From: an uncultured Candidatus Saccharibacteria bacterium
GTDB lineage: Bacteria > Patescibacteriota > Saccharimonadia > Saccharimonadales > 2-12-FULL-41-12
Assembly (NCBI GenBank): GCA_964615775.1
Contig: CAZTQB010000003.1
Span: 39,172 to 103,171 of the forward strand
Direction of reading: 5' to 3'
DNA length: 64,000 bases
Part shown: piece after piece, positions 56,349 through 64,000 of the stretch
Layout of the letters: each line of letters starts with the position of its first letter
Numbering within the stretch: the stretch's first letter is position 1
Program-made: the position numbers and the translations under genes
The notes under the pieces: model-generated
The model's input: only the letters and a program-made list of their open reading frames with translations
What the model was told of the DNA's origin: nothing
Databases searched by the model: none

Positions 56349-57248
56349 ATGACAAATCCAGAAAAAGACCACCGTTTTTATGATATAAATGGCGACGGTA
56401 AAGTAGACACCAGCGATATGCGTGCAACTGCAAATCCGGTAGTTGATGGAGGTATTAGTCGCTTTGATAGGTCTCAAGTGGGTGTAGGTTTTCTTGCAGT
56501 TGCAGCAGCGTGTTTTTTTCTTGTTAGAGGTTGTGACAGTAATGGTCACGCCGAAAAGGGTCCGTTTGAAGCAAAAAATGATGGTGTGACTTTGGTCACA
56601 GATTTGAACAGTCAAACTGCCAAAACAGTTTTTAGCGATGATCGACCGGTCAATGATATGCCAAAGGGTGTGGTATTAGAAAGCTTTACATTTGCGTCTA
56701 GAGTTCAGCCAAAATGTCAGGCAAAAGTTATGGCTGTGAGGAGTAAGCTCGATAACGGTGAAAACAACAAAGGTTTTGTGTATGCGGACCAGACTGCCCA
56801 GAGGCTGGTGCCGCTTAAGCTAAACCCTGAAAATGTAAATAGAATGAACGATTTTGTTAGCTTGTACCAGAAAAAGATGGCCGATATTGGTCAGTCTGGT
56901 AACTCTGTAAGGACAGTCTATAGCACTCCTGTCCGTAAGCGTTTAATGGCACAACTTGCAAAGAATGGGTCTCCTTGCTTTGCAAATTCGTTAGTAAAAA
57001 ATAATCCAGAATATACTGTGGTTATGAATTTACAAACTATAGCCGATAGTTCACCTGGTGAAAATCATCGTTCGCAAAATGGTAAAAATGGTTCAGGATT
57101 TAATCTTACGGAAGCTTTAGGTAAAGTTGATGATAGGTTGGCTTCGTTGGCTAATTTGGCAATTCTTTCAGTATTAATCGGTTCTGTACTATACTTTGCT
57201 GCCGGTAAAAGTGGTCAGTATTTCAAAAATAGGCGTAATTCTAGATGA
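56349..57248 (+). CDS. Bitopic membrane protein with N-terminal dockerin/EF-hand-like Ca-binding loop
   Basis: DINGDGKVDTSD at aa 12-23, a TM helix near aa 46-60, and a C-terminal TM plus basic tail (KNRRNSR). Confidence 0.5.
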   Translation: MTNPEKDHRFYDINGDGKVDTSDMRATANPVVDGGISRFDRSQVGVGFLAVAAACFFLVRGCDSNGHAEKGPFEAKNDGVTLVTDLNSQTAKTVFSDDRPVNDMPKGVVLESFTFASRVQPKCQAKVMAVRSKLDNGENNKGFVYADQTAQRLVPLKLNPENVNRMNDFVSLYQKKMADIGQSGNSVRTVYSTPVRKRLMAQLAKNGSPCFANSLVKNNPEYTVVMNLQTIADSSPGENHRSQNGKNGSGFNLTEALGKVDDRLASLANLAILSVLIGSVLYFAAGKSGQYFKNRRNSR

Positions 57249-57307
57249 CAGATTACGTACTAATCTAAATAGGCTATTGCTTAAGTAACCAAAACATTAT
57301 TATAATT

Positions 57308-57329
57308 ATGCTAAAGTTATGCTAAAGTT
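57308..57329 (+). repeat. Perfect 11-bp tandem duplication spanning the VKOR start codon
   Basis: ATGCTAAAGTT occurs twice (57308-57318 and 57319-57329). The first ATG runs into TAA after 5 codons, and the second opens the VKOR ORF. Confidence 0.9.
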
Positions 57330-57933
57330 TATAAAATCGCGGAAGAGTGGAGTACAGAATTATCTGCCTTTTATTATGATTTTGGTAGCAGTAATTGGCT
57401 TAACGGCGTCGTTTGTGTTGACGGCTGACAAAATCCATGTGTTAAAAGACCCAAATTTTATACCGGAGTGTAATATTAACCCAATTATTAGCTGTGGCTC
57501 GGTTATGACATCTAAGCAAGCCGAAATAGCTGGAGTACCAAATACGGTACTGGGGTTAATCGGCTTTTCTTCGCTTGGTACTATTGGTTTGATGCTGTTA
57601 GCTGGAGCTAGTTTTAAGCGATGGTTCTGGCGGCTAGTTTGGGCAGGTACAATTTTCGGTCTTATTTTTGTTCATTATCTGATGTACGAGAGTATCTTTG
57701 TAATAAAAAGTCTATGTCCATACTGTATGACGGTGTGGGTGTCGACTATTTTGTTATTTTGGTACACGACACTTTATATGTTTAGCGAAGGACACCTTAA
57801 GGTTAGCAAAAAGTATCGTGAAATTGTTGATTTTGCCCAGAAACATCATATTGATATATATGTAGGATGGATATTATTGATAGTTGGGTTAATTATTTAT
57901 AAATTTTGGTACTATTGGCAAACTATTGTCTAG
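57319..57933 (+). CDS. Vitamin K epoxide reductase (VKOR) family disulfide-bond-forming membrane protein
   Basis: Loop Cys pair (CNINPIISC), the CPYC redox motif in a TM helix, and a four- or five-TM layout. Confidence 0.8.
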   Translation: MLKFIKSRKSGVQNYLPFIMILVAVIGLTASFVLTADKIHVLKDPNFIPECNINPIISCGSVMTSKQAEIAGVPNTVLGLIGFSSLGTIGLMLLAGASFKRWFWRLVWAGTIFGLIFVHYLMYESIFVIKSLCPYCMTVWVSTILLFWYTTLYMFSEGHLKVSKKYREIVDFAQKHHIDIYVGWILLIVGLIIYKFWYYWQTIV

Positions 57934-57954
57934 TTGGCCAAAAAAGGAGGGGGA

Positions 57955-59808
57955 ATGCCTGAAGATAACAACAACCAAGATACTTTTGTAGGACAAAATC
58001 CCGAAGTTGCAGACCTGGAATCAGCCAGCACTACTAGTCCTATGCCTAGTGGCATTCCAGCAAAATTAGATGATCATTCAAGTCAGTATATCCCTGACGG
58101 CACACTACCAGTGCAGCCGCATCATTTAAAATCACGAAAAAAACTGTATATATTGATATCGATTGGTTTAACTTTGTTGATATTGATTGGTTTTGGCGTG
58201 TGGTATTACCTAAGCCACAACAAAAAAATTAGTAATAATTCGTCCGCTACAGTTTCGGTTGAGAAAAAGCAGGTAGTAGTAGACAATAAAAAACCACTTG
58301 ACCCAGAGCTTGAGAAGTTTATAAACCCGACAACTGGCGAAAAGTGGCTGCCTGAGCCTAAACAGTTGGCCGACTTAAAACTGTACACAACAGACGTAGA
58401 AGCAAAATATTATGAAGTTGGCTCACGTGGCAATAACAAAATTATAAAGTCTGTATATCTTGCAATGGTCTATGTTTCTGATCTCTTTGAGCAAGATGCT
58501 ACTGGCAAAATAAGCTATATTGTGAAGCCCGATGCCAAAATGGTTATAAATAGCGAAGATTTAAAAAATATTCGCGAAACATTTGTTAACAAAGTTGTGT
58601 TTGATGACAAAACTTCTTACGACTCTTTGACGATCCCTAGCAGTATAGACCTAGGTGGTGGCATTTTATTAAAACGACCTCAGTATACGCTTGGTTACCC
58701 CAAAGACGACACGGATAAAGACTCTAGCAAGCCAGTACTGACTGAGCTTAAGAAATTTGGTCAAAGTACACTTAACAAATCTGTTTATACATCTAACGAA
58801 ACTAAATTAAGTTCAATAAGTTATGAGCTGACTAACCCGATAAAAAACGAGGTTAGCTTAATATATGAGCCAATAGAAACAGATTTATCCAATTATCAAT
58901 GGAAGATTGGCCAGTCGGTTGCTAGTGGCAAGATTTCGCCAATCACTAAAGGTTGTGGTCGTTTAAACCCATCTGTTACAGAAGCCAATAACGTCACTCC
59001 AAGTAACTTAGTAGAGGCCGGAAGATCGCCCTCAGGCAAGCAAGTATACGCTCTTTCCAGCCAGGATCACGAGCTTTTTAAGAAAGCCTATCAAGAATTT
59101 TATGATTTTTACAAAGATGATAAACAAGATAAGTACAAAGCAAGTATGACGCCAGATGATTTTGCCAAAAACCATGCCCTTGTACTTTACAAAGACACTG
59201 GAGGTAAAATATTGGCTTATGTGAACGATGATTATCGTCCGCAGTATGGTTGTGCTAAGCCTGTAGTTTATTTGTACCCGACCTCAACTCGGCAGGTAAA
59301 TGTTAGGGTAGGAGCTGATGTGAAGGTTTCTGAGCCGTTTTATAATCCAGCAACTGGCTGGCAAAACGTTCTAGCTAGCCCTAGTGGCTTGCTTAGTTAT
59401 CAGGGCAGGACGTACAGCTCGCTATTTTGGGAAGGTCCTGGTTATGGCAAGTACCCGCTCATAGATAAGGGTGTAGTTGTGCCAACTTCTGAAGCGATAA
59501 ATACTATAAGATCCCAGCTAAATCAGCAAGGCCTAAATGCAAGAGAAATCGCCGATTTTGTAGAATATTGGCAACCAAATTTGCCCGATAAGCCATATAT
59601 TCGGATCTCATGGCTGAATACAAATCAAATGAATGACTTAGCACCGCTACAGATTTCACCAAGGCCACAAACTATGATACGAGTTTTCTTAGATTTTGAT
59701 GGTTTAGATCAGCCGATTAAGCTTCAGCCGCAAACGTTTAAGGCTCCAAAACGTGATGGTTTTACGGTCGTTGAGTGGGGCGGTCTGTCAAAAAAACAGC
59801 TGTATTGA
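57955..59808 (+). CDS. Large membrane-anchored extracytoplasmic protein, unknown function
   Basis: The strong RBS AAGGAGGGGG before ATG 57955 is preferred over the TTG at 57934. One TM helix lies near aa 70-90, and no motif was recognised. Confidence 0.5.
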   Translation: MPEDNNNQDTFVGQNPEVADLESASTTSPMPSGIPAKLDDHSSQYIPDGTLPVQPHHLKSRKKLYILISIGLTLLILIGFGVWYYLSHNKKISNNSSATVSVEKKQVVVDNKKPLDPELEKFINPTTGEKWLPEPKQLADLKLYTTDVEAKYYEVGSRGNNKIIKSVYLAMVYVSDLFEQDATGKISYIVKPDAKMVINSEDLKNIRETFVNKVVFDDKTSYDSLTIPSSIDLGGGILLKRPQYTLGYPKDDTDKDSSKPVLTELKKFGQSTLNKSVYTSNETKLSSISYELTNPIKNEVSLIYEPIETDLSNYQWKIGQSVASGKISPITKGCGRLNPSVTEANNVTPSNLVEAGRSPSGKQVYALSSQDHELFKKAYQEFYDFYKDDKQDKYKASMTPDDFAKNHALVLYKDTGGKILAYVNDDYRPQYGCAKPVVYLYPTSTRQVNVRVGADVKVSEPFYNPATGWQNVLASPSGLLSYQGRTYSSLFWEGPGYGKYPLIDKGVVVPTSEAINTIRSQLNQQGLNAREIADFVEYWQPNLPDKPYIRISWLNTNQMNDLAPLQISPRPQTMIRVFLDFDGLDQPIKLQPQTFKAPKRDGFTVVEWGGLSKKQLY

Positions 59809-59852
59809 TTTAACATAAGCTAAAGTAATTTTAGGGTACAATAGAAGCTAAG

Positions 59853-60482
59853 ATGATTAATTTATTTGCGGTTTGTGTTGTCATATTTATGGTACTGGTT
59901 TTGTCAGAAAGCTTACATCGCAAAAAACTAGTCAGTATAGAAATTAGCAGAAAACTAGTTCATATTTTTTCGGGAGTAATTGTAGCTTTTATGCCGTTTT
60001 TTGCTAGCTGGCGAGAAATTCAGATTTTAGGGCTAGCGTTTATTGGGGTAATTTTGATTAGCAAGAAGTTAAAGATCTTTCGCTCAATTCACGCTGTTGA
60101 AAGGGTAACATCAGGTGAAATTTTGTTTGCTGTGGCTATAACAACTCTTGCAATTTTGGAGCCAAAAGTTTGGATTTTTACAATCTCAATTTTGCACCTT
60201 GCTGTGGCTGATTCTATGGCTGCAATTGTGGGTGTAAGATGGGGTAAGGTTACTAGCTATAAACTTTTTGGTAACAAAAAATCACTACATGGTAGCTTAG
60301 CATTTTTGCTTACATCAATAGTAATAATGTTAAGTGCTTTTTTGACACATCGCAATGACTATAATATCTGGTATTTAGTTGTCTTTATTCCAATTGTTCT
60401 GACAGCCATTGAAAATATATCTTGGTATGGACTTGATAATTTTTTTATTCCCGTAGCTTGCTTGTATCTATTAAATCTATAA
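59853..60482 (+). CDS. CTP-dependent polyprenol/diacylglycerol kinase-like membrane protein (CdsA/dolichol kinase superfamily)
   Basis: Polytopic, with a VADSMAAIVGVRWGK...SLHGSLAF motif typical of the cytidylyltransferase-family kinases. Confidence 0.55.
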   Translation: MINLFAVCVVIFMVLVLSESLHRKKLVSIEISRKLVHIFSGVIVAFMPFFASWREIQILGLAFIGVILISKKLKIFRSIHAVERVTSGEILFAVAITTLAILEPKVWIFTISILHLAVADSMAAIVGVRWGKVTSYKLFGNKKSLHGSLAFLLTSIVIMLSAFLTHRNDYNIWYLVVFIPIVLTAIENISWYGLDNFFIPVACLYLLNL

Positions 60483-60486
60483 ATAC

Positions 60487-61020
60487 TTAACGCGTTAAGT
60501 ATTTTTTTAATTTGTCGAATGGCTTAAGAGATGTGTAAAAATTATTGTATTCTTGCACGGATAGTTCGGCGTTTGTGTGCTTTTGTCCGTTTTGGATATA
60601 AATACTATCCCAGCCAAATCCACCATCGCCTTTTGGTATTTTAGCAATCTTGCCTTTTGATTCTACTACAAAAATTTTTAGATTTTTGCCGTCAAAATAA
60701 CCGACAGTACTTACAGCCGTTGCATTACGATTTTTTGCGACTAAATTGCAGATTTTTTTCAAGCCTAGTTCTGTAATAAAAAATTTGATAAATGGTCCTG
60801 GTAAGTTGCCTAACTCGTCAATAAATAAGCAAGTATCTTCAACAAAAACTGGTTGACCTACAAGTTCGTAGGCTTGCTTTACCTTATGTTCGGCTATTAG
60901 CTTGGGGTTCAGTGATTGAATTTCATCTAGGTCAAAATTCATTATCTCGAAGCTCAAATCGAAATTTTGTTGTATGAACTTGGCTTTATTATGATTGCCA
61001 GTAATATAGGTTAAATTCAT
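60487..61020 (-). CDS. Ham1/RdgB-type ITPase family protein, paralogue 2
   Basis: ITGNHNK, DEIQS, FVEDTCL, LPGPFIKFF and GGFGWDSIY motifs. Confidence 0.8.
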   Translation of the reverse strand: MNLTYITGNHNKAKFIQQNFDLSFEIMNFDLDEIQSLNPKLIAEHKVKQAYELVGQPVFVEDTCLFIDELGNLPGPFIKFFITELGLKKICNLVAKNRNATAVSTVGYFDGKNLKIFVVESKGKIAKIPKGDGGFGWDSIYIQNGQKHTNAELSVQEYNNFYTSLKPFDKLKKYLTR

Positions 61021-61121
61021 TTATAAACTAATTATATATTGCTAGAAAATTTCGGGAAGCACACCTGTTGTCTGAAACGTAAGTATGCAGATGTCTTCAG
61101 GCTGTTACAGGCATAGCAAAA

Positions 61122-61199
61122 TGGGGTGGCTGACCGGAATTGAACCGGCGACCTTCTGGACCACAATCAGACGCTCTAACCGACTGAGCTACAGCCACC
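61122..61199 (-). tRNA. tRNA-His (GUG) with encoded G-1
   Basis: The reverse complement is G-GTGGCTGTAGCTCAGTCGGTTAGAGCGTCTGATTGTGGTCCAGAAGGTCGCCGGTTCAATTCCGGTCAGCCAC-C-CCA. The extra 5' G opposite C73 is the His identity element. Confidence 0.85.
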
Positions 61200-61524
61200 A
61201 CATTGACTAGAGTAATTATAGATTGTAAAGCGATTATTATCAATATATTTATAACCAAAAAGGCAAAGCAAATTGCTTAAAAACTAAAACATCAATAAAT
61301 TCTACAACACTTAAAAATTAATAGTTGAAAACACTTCTGACTATAATACAACTAATTTGACAACATATTGACATAAAATAAAGTTCTTATTATTCTGAGG
61401 TTTCGTGCATTTTACGTGGAGGTAAGTCGCGAGGGAAAGCCATATTTTTGGTAGCTAACTTTTTAGATAAAAAAATATTAATTAATTTTGCTATTAAAAT
61501 TTGTGGGGTAAGGAAGGAATTTAA

Positions 61525-62145
<621 letters not shown>

Positions 62146-62158
62146 TATAAATTAGTTT

Positions 62159-63604
62159 CTAGATACGTCGTCGCCATCGGCTAAAAACATCTTCGACTTC
62201 TGGATGCATAGACAACGGAGCGTTAATAATCAGATTATCACCGGCCAGTATAATTGTAGAGTGATTTGGCTTAAAGCGTTTTGAGTTACGTACAACGACA
62301 GCAATCTTCGAATTTTTAGGCAAGCCAACTTCTTTAATCATTGCTCCGTTTATAGAATGGTGGTCGGCTACCACGAAGCGAATTTTCTCAATACTATCTT
62401 GATTGGTATTTTTAGAGCCATTTTCAGCAAAATTATCGACTACGCCTAATTTTTTAGCTACCCACTCTAGACTTGTGCCTTGGATTAATGCCGATATCAG
62501 CACAACGAAAAATACAATGTTAAAGATTACTTCGCTTTTCGGTATATTGGCCGATACTGCAAATGTAGCAAGTACAATCGGTACGGCTCCACGTAGTCCA
62601 GCGTAGCCTAAAAGAAGCTTATCTTTGGTAGAAAAATCTAAGTTGAACATAGACAGAAAAACCGAGATTGGACGAATGAAAATTATTAAAAGAGCTGCGA
62701 AAATTATGCTTGGCAAAGCAACTGCTGGCAGATTATGTGGCAAGACAAAAAGTCCCAAAATTATAAACATCAATACTTGTGCTAAGAACGCCAAGCCTTC
62801 ATGAAAGTTTGTTAATTGGCCTCTGTACCTTGATGGCGTACTACCAATAACTAAAGCTACTAAATATATTGCTAAAAACCCACTTCCACCTAATAGGTCA
62901 GTGAATCCGTATACTAATACGCAGGTTGCAATTGATACGACAGGTGCAAATGAGCCGATTGAATTTGGTAACCTGCAGAAAATTTGGCGGGCGATGAATG
63001 CAAATATTAGTCCAGCCGCCAAGCCAATAGTCAGCTCTTTGGCCATCAGTTCGGCTATTTTCCATATTGTTTCTTGTGAATGTTGGACCCAACTGATGAA
63101 TCCCAGAGTTAGGGCAATTGCTACAGGGTCATTAATACCCGTTTCTGCCTCTAAAGTTCTGGCTAGTTTACGCTTAATAGACGTATAGCGAAGCGTAGCA
63201 AAAACGGCTGCTGCGTCGGTAGACGATACTACAGCACCAAGTAGAAAACTGTATTTCCAGGACAAATCAAAAATATAGTGAGATACAAAACCTGCTAAAA
63301 ATGCTGTGATAATCACACCGACAGTACTAAGTAGTATTGCCGGTACAGCAACTGATCGTAGTCGTCTAAATGATGTAGAAAGTCCTCCCTCGAACAAAAT
63401 TGCTATCAGTCCTATCACACCTACGCTCTGAGCAATCTCGGCATTGCTTAGTTGAATTTTGGTGACTCCGTCGCTACCCAAAAGCATGCCAAGAGCCAAA
63501 AACACTACTAATGCTGGCACACCTAAACGGCCAGCAATGTGTGCGATAAACACGCTGGCTGCTAAAATCAAACCGATTATTATGAAAAGTTGCGGTTCAA
63601 TCAT
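62159..63604 (-). CDS. K+/H+ (cation:proton) antiporter with C-terminal TrkA-C-like domain (NhaP2/CvrA type)
   Basis: About 12 TM segments, LFEGGLST and ETGINDP motifs, and a soluble C-terminal regulatory domain. Confidence 0.85.
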   Translation of the reverse strand: MIEPQLFIIIGLILAASVFIAHIAGRLGVPALVVFLALGMLLGSDGVTKIQLSNAEIAQSVGVIGLIAILFEGGLSTSFRRLRSVAVPAILLSTVGVIITAFLAGFVSHYIFDLSWKYSFLLGAVVSSTDAAAVFATLRYTSIKRKLARTLEAETGINDPVAIALTLGFISWVQHSQETIWKIAELMAKELTIGLAAGLIFAFIARQIFCRLPNSIGSFAPVVSIATCVLVYGFTDLLGGSGFLAIYLVALVIGSTPSRYRGQLTNFHEGLAFLAQVLMFIILGLFVLPHNLPAVALPSIIFAALLIIFIRPISVFLSMFNLDFSTKDKLLLGYAGLRGAVPIVLATFAVSANIPKSEVIFNIVFFVVLISALIQGTSLEWVAKKLGVVDNFAENGSKNTNQDSIEKIRFVVADHHSINGAMIKEVGLPKNSKIAVVVRNSKRFKPNHSTIILAGDNLIINAPLSMHPEVEDVFSRWRRRI

Positions 63605-63689
63605 GTGTTTATTATATATAAAAATTTTTAGGCGGTGTTATTCAGATTTTTCTTAAAAGATAAAAACTGCCGGTGTTATAATTAGCGAT

Positions 63690-64000
63690 ATGGAGACACT
63701 TGAGGTTATTTTGTCTAGTGGTGGTCATGCTAACTCGTTGGGTCGAGCCGGTGAAGTTTTGCAGCTAGTTAGATCTAACCCCGAGAGAACTGGTGAACTA
63801 TTTAGATGTATCTACTCTGAAGATGCTTGGGTGAGAATGCGAGCCATTGATACTTTTGAGAAGCTAGTGAGAGAAAATCCTGTACTAGCTGAACCCTATA
63901 TTGATGCAATTTTTGATGATTTGACAAAAATTAACCAAGCGTCAATTCAATGGCACGTTGCTGAATTATTCGTAGAATTGGACCTAACTGAGCCTCAAAA
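63690..64000 (+). CDS. N-terminal part of a HEAT/ARM-repeat protein (AlkD-like DNA alkylation repair family?), truncated by the window end
   Basis: ATG at 63690 and the frame is open to the window end. The translation METLEVILSSGGHANSLGRAGEVLQLV...DAWVRMRAIDTFEKL looks like helical repeats. It is not in the ORF track. Confidence 0.4.
   Translation, partial: METLEVILSSGGHANSLGRAGEVLQLVRSNPERTGELFRCIYSEDAWVRMRAIDTFEKLVRENPVLAEPYIDAIFDDLTKINQASIQWHVAELFVELDLTEPQ

Noticed and set aside
61381-61470. A cyclic-di-AMP (ydaO-type) riboswitch upstream of the Rpf/LysM gene. This was considered because actinobacterial rpf genes are often controlled by one.
   Set aside because: Only a short hairpin (CGTGCATTTTACG) and a few G-rich stretches are present. 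I cannot find the pseudo-two-fold ydaO architecture or its conserved ACGGGG/CCC elements. An Infernal scan would be needed to revive the idea.

Overview
This is a 64-kb, gene-dense, low-GC bacterial chromosome segment. Its content suggests a reduced-genome Patescibacteria/CPR organism, most plausibly Saccharibacteria-like. The basis is tightly packed operons, an hrcA-grpE-dnaK-dnaJ regulon with CIRCE operators, a full type IV pilus cluster, Rpf/LysM muralytic proteins, almost no biosynthesis genes and many small secreted or membrane proteins. That assignment is inference only, since no database search was possible. The genetic code looks standard, because TGA closes several confident genes.

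Core genes recognised by motif:
- tilS, ftsH, murJ, lepA, gmk, hrcA, grpE, dnaK, dnaJ, uppS, yebC
- ruvC, ruvA, ruvB, recA, recX, tsaE, tsaB, rny, ymdB
- an aquaporin and a K+/H+ antiporter
- five tRNAs: initiator Met, elongator Met, Lys-UUU, Pro-UGG, His-GUG
- a pilB-pilC-pilin-minor pilins-pilMNO cluster at 33.9-44.0 kb

Observations most worth a second look:
1. An AT-richer islet at tRNA-Pro (51.3-55.2 kb) holds an orphan 520-aa P-loop NTPase and a C5-methyltransferase fused in frame to a frameshifted restriction-endonuclease-like module. The NTPase is a candidate uncharacterised defence gene.
2. Two tandem secreted jelly-roll (polysaccharide-lyase-like) genes share an 863-bp stretch that reads as identical, then diverge exactly at the linker into different C-terminal binding modules.
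3. An IS200/RAYT-type HUH-Y1 transposase flanked by a 25-nt palindrome sits between ruvC and ruvA. A DnaC/IstB-like ATPase lies between ruvA and ruvB, and its putative promoter spacer is an (AAT)7 microsatellite.
4. An unassignable, Lys-poor 171-aa ORF is translationally coupled between recA and recX.
5. A divergent RimK / retropepsin-like / DUF1704 (MATCAP-like carboxypeptidase) module suggests a writer-eraser pair for C-terminal tails.
6. The CIRCE operators each have a -35 box inside their loop, and several genes appear to be leaderless.
7. A roughly 1-kb non-coding stretch follows tRNA-fMet, which is unusual for a genome this compact.

No CRISPR array, rRNA or prophage was seen. All functional calls rest on motif recognition by eye, and the coordinates of small elements were counted by hand.
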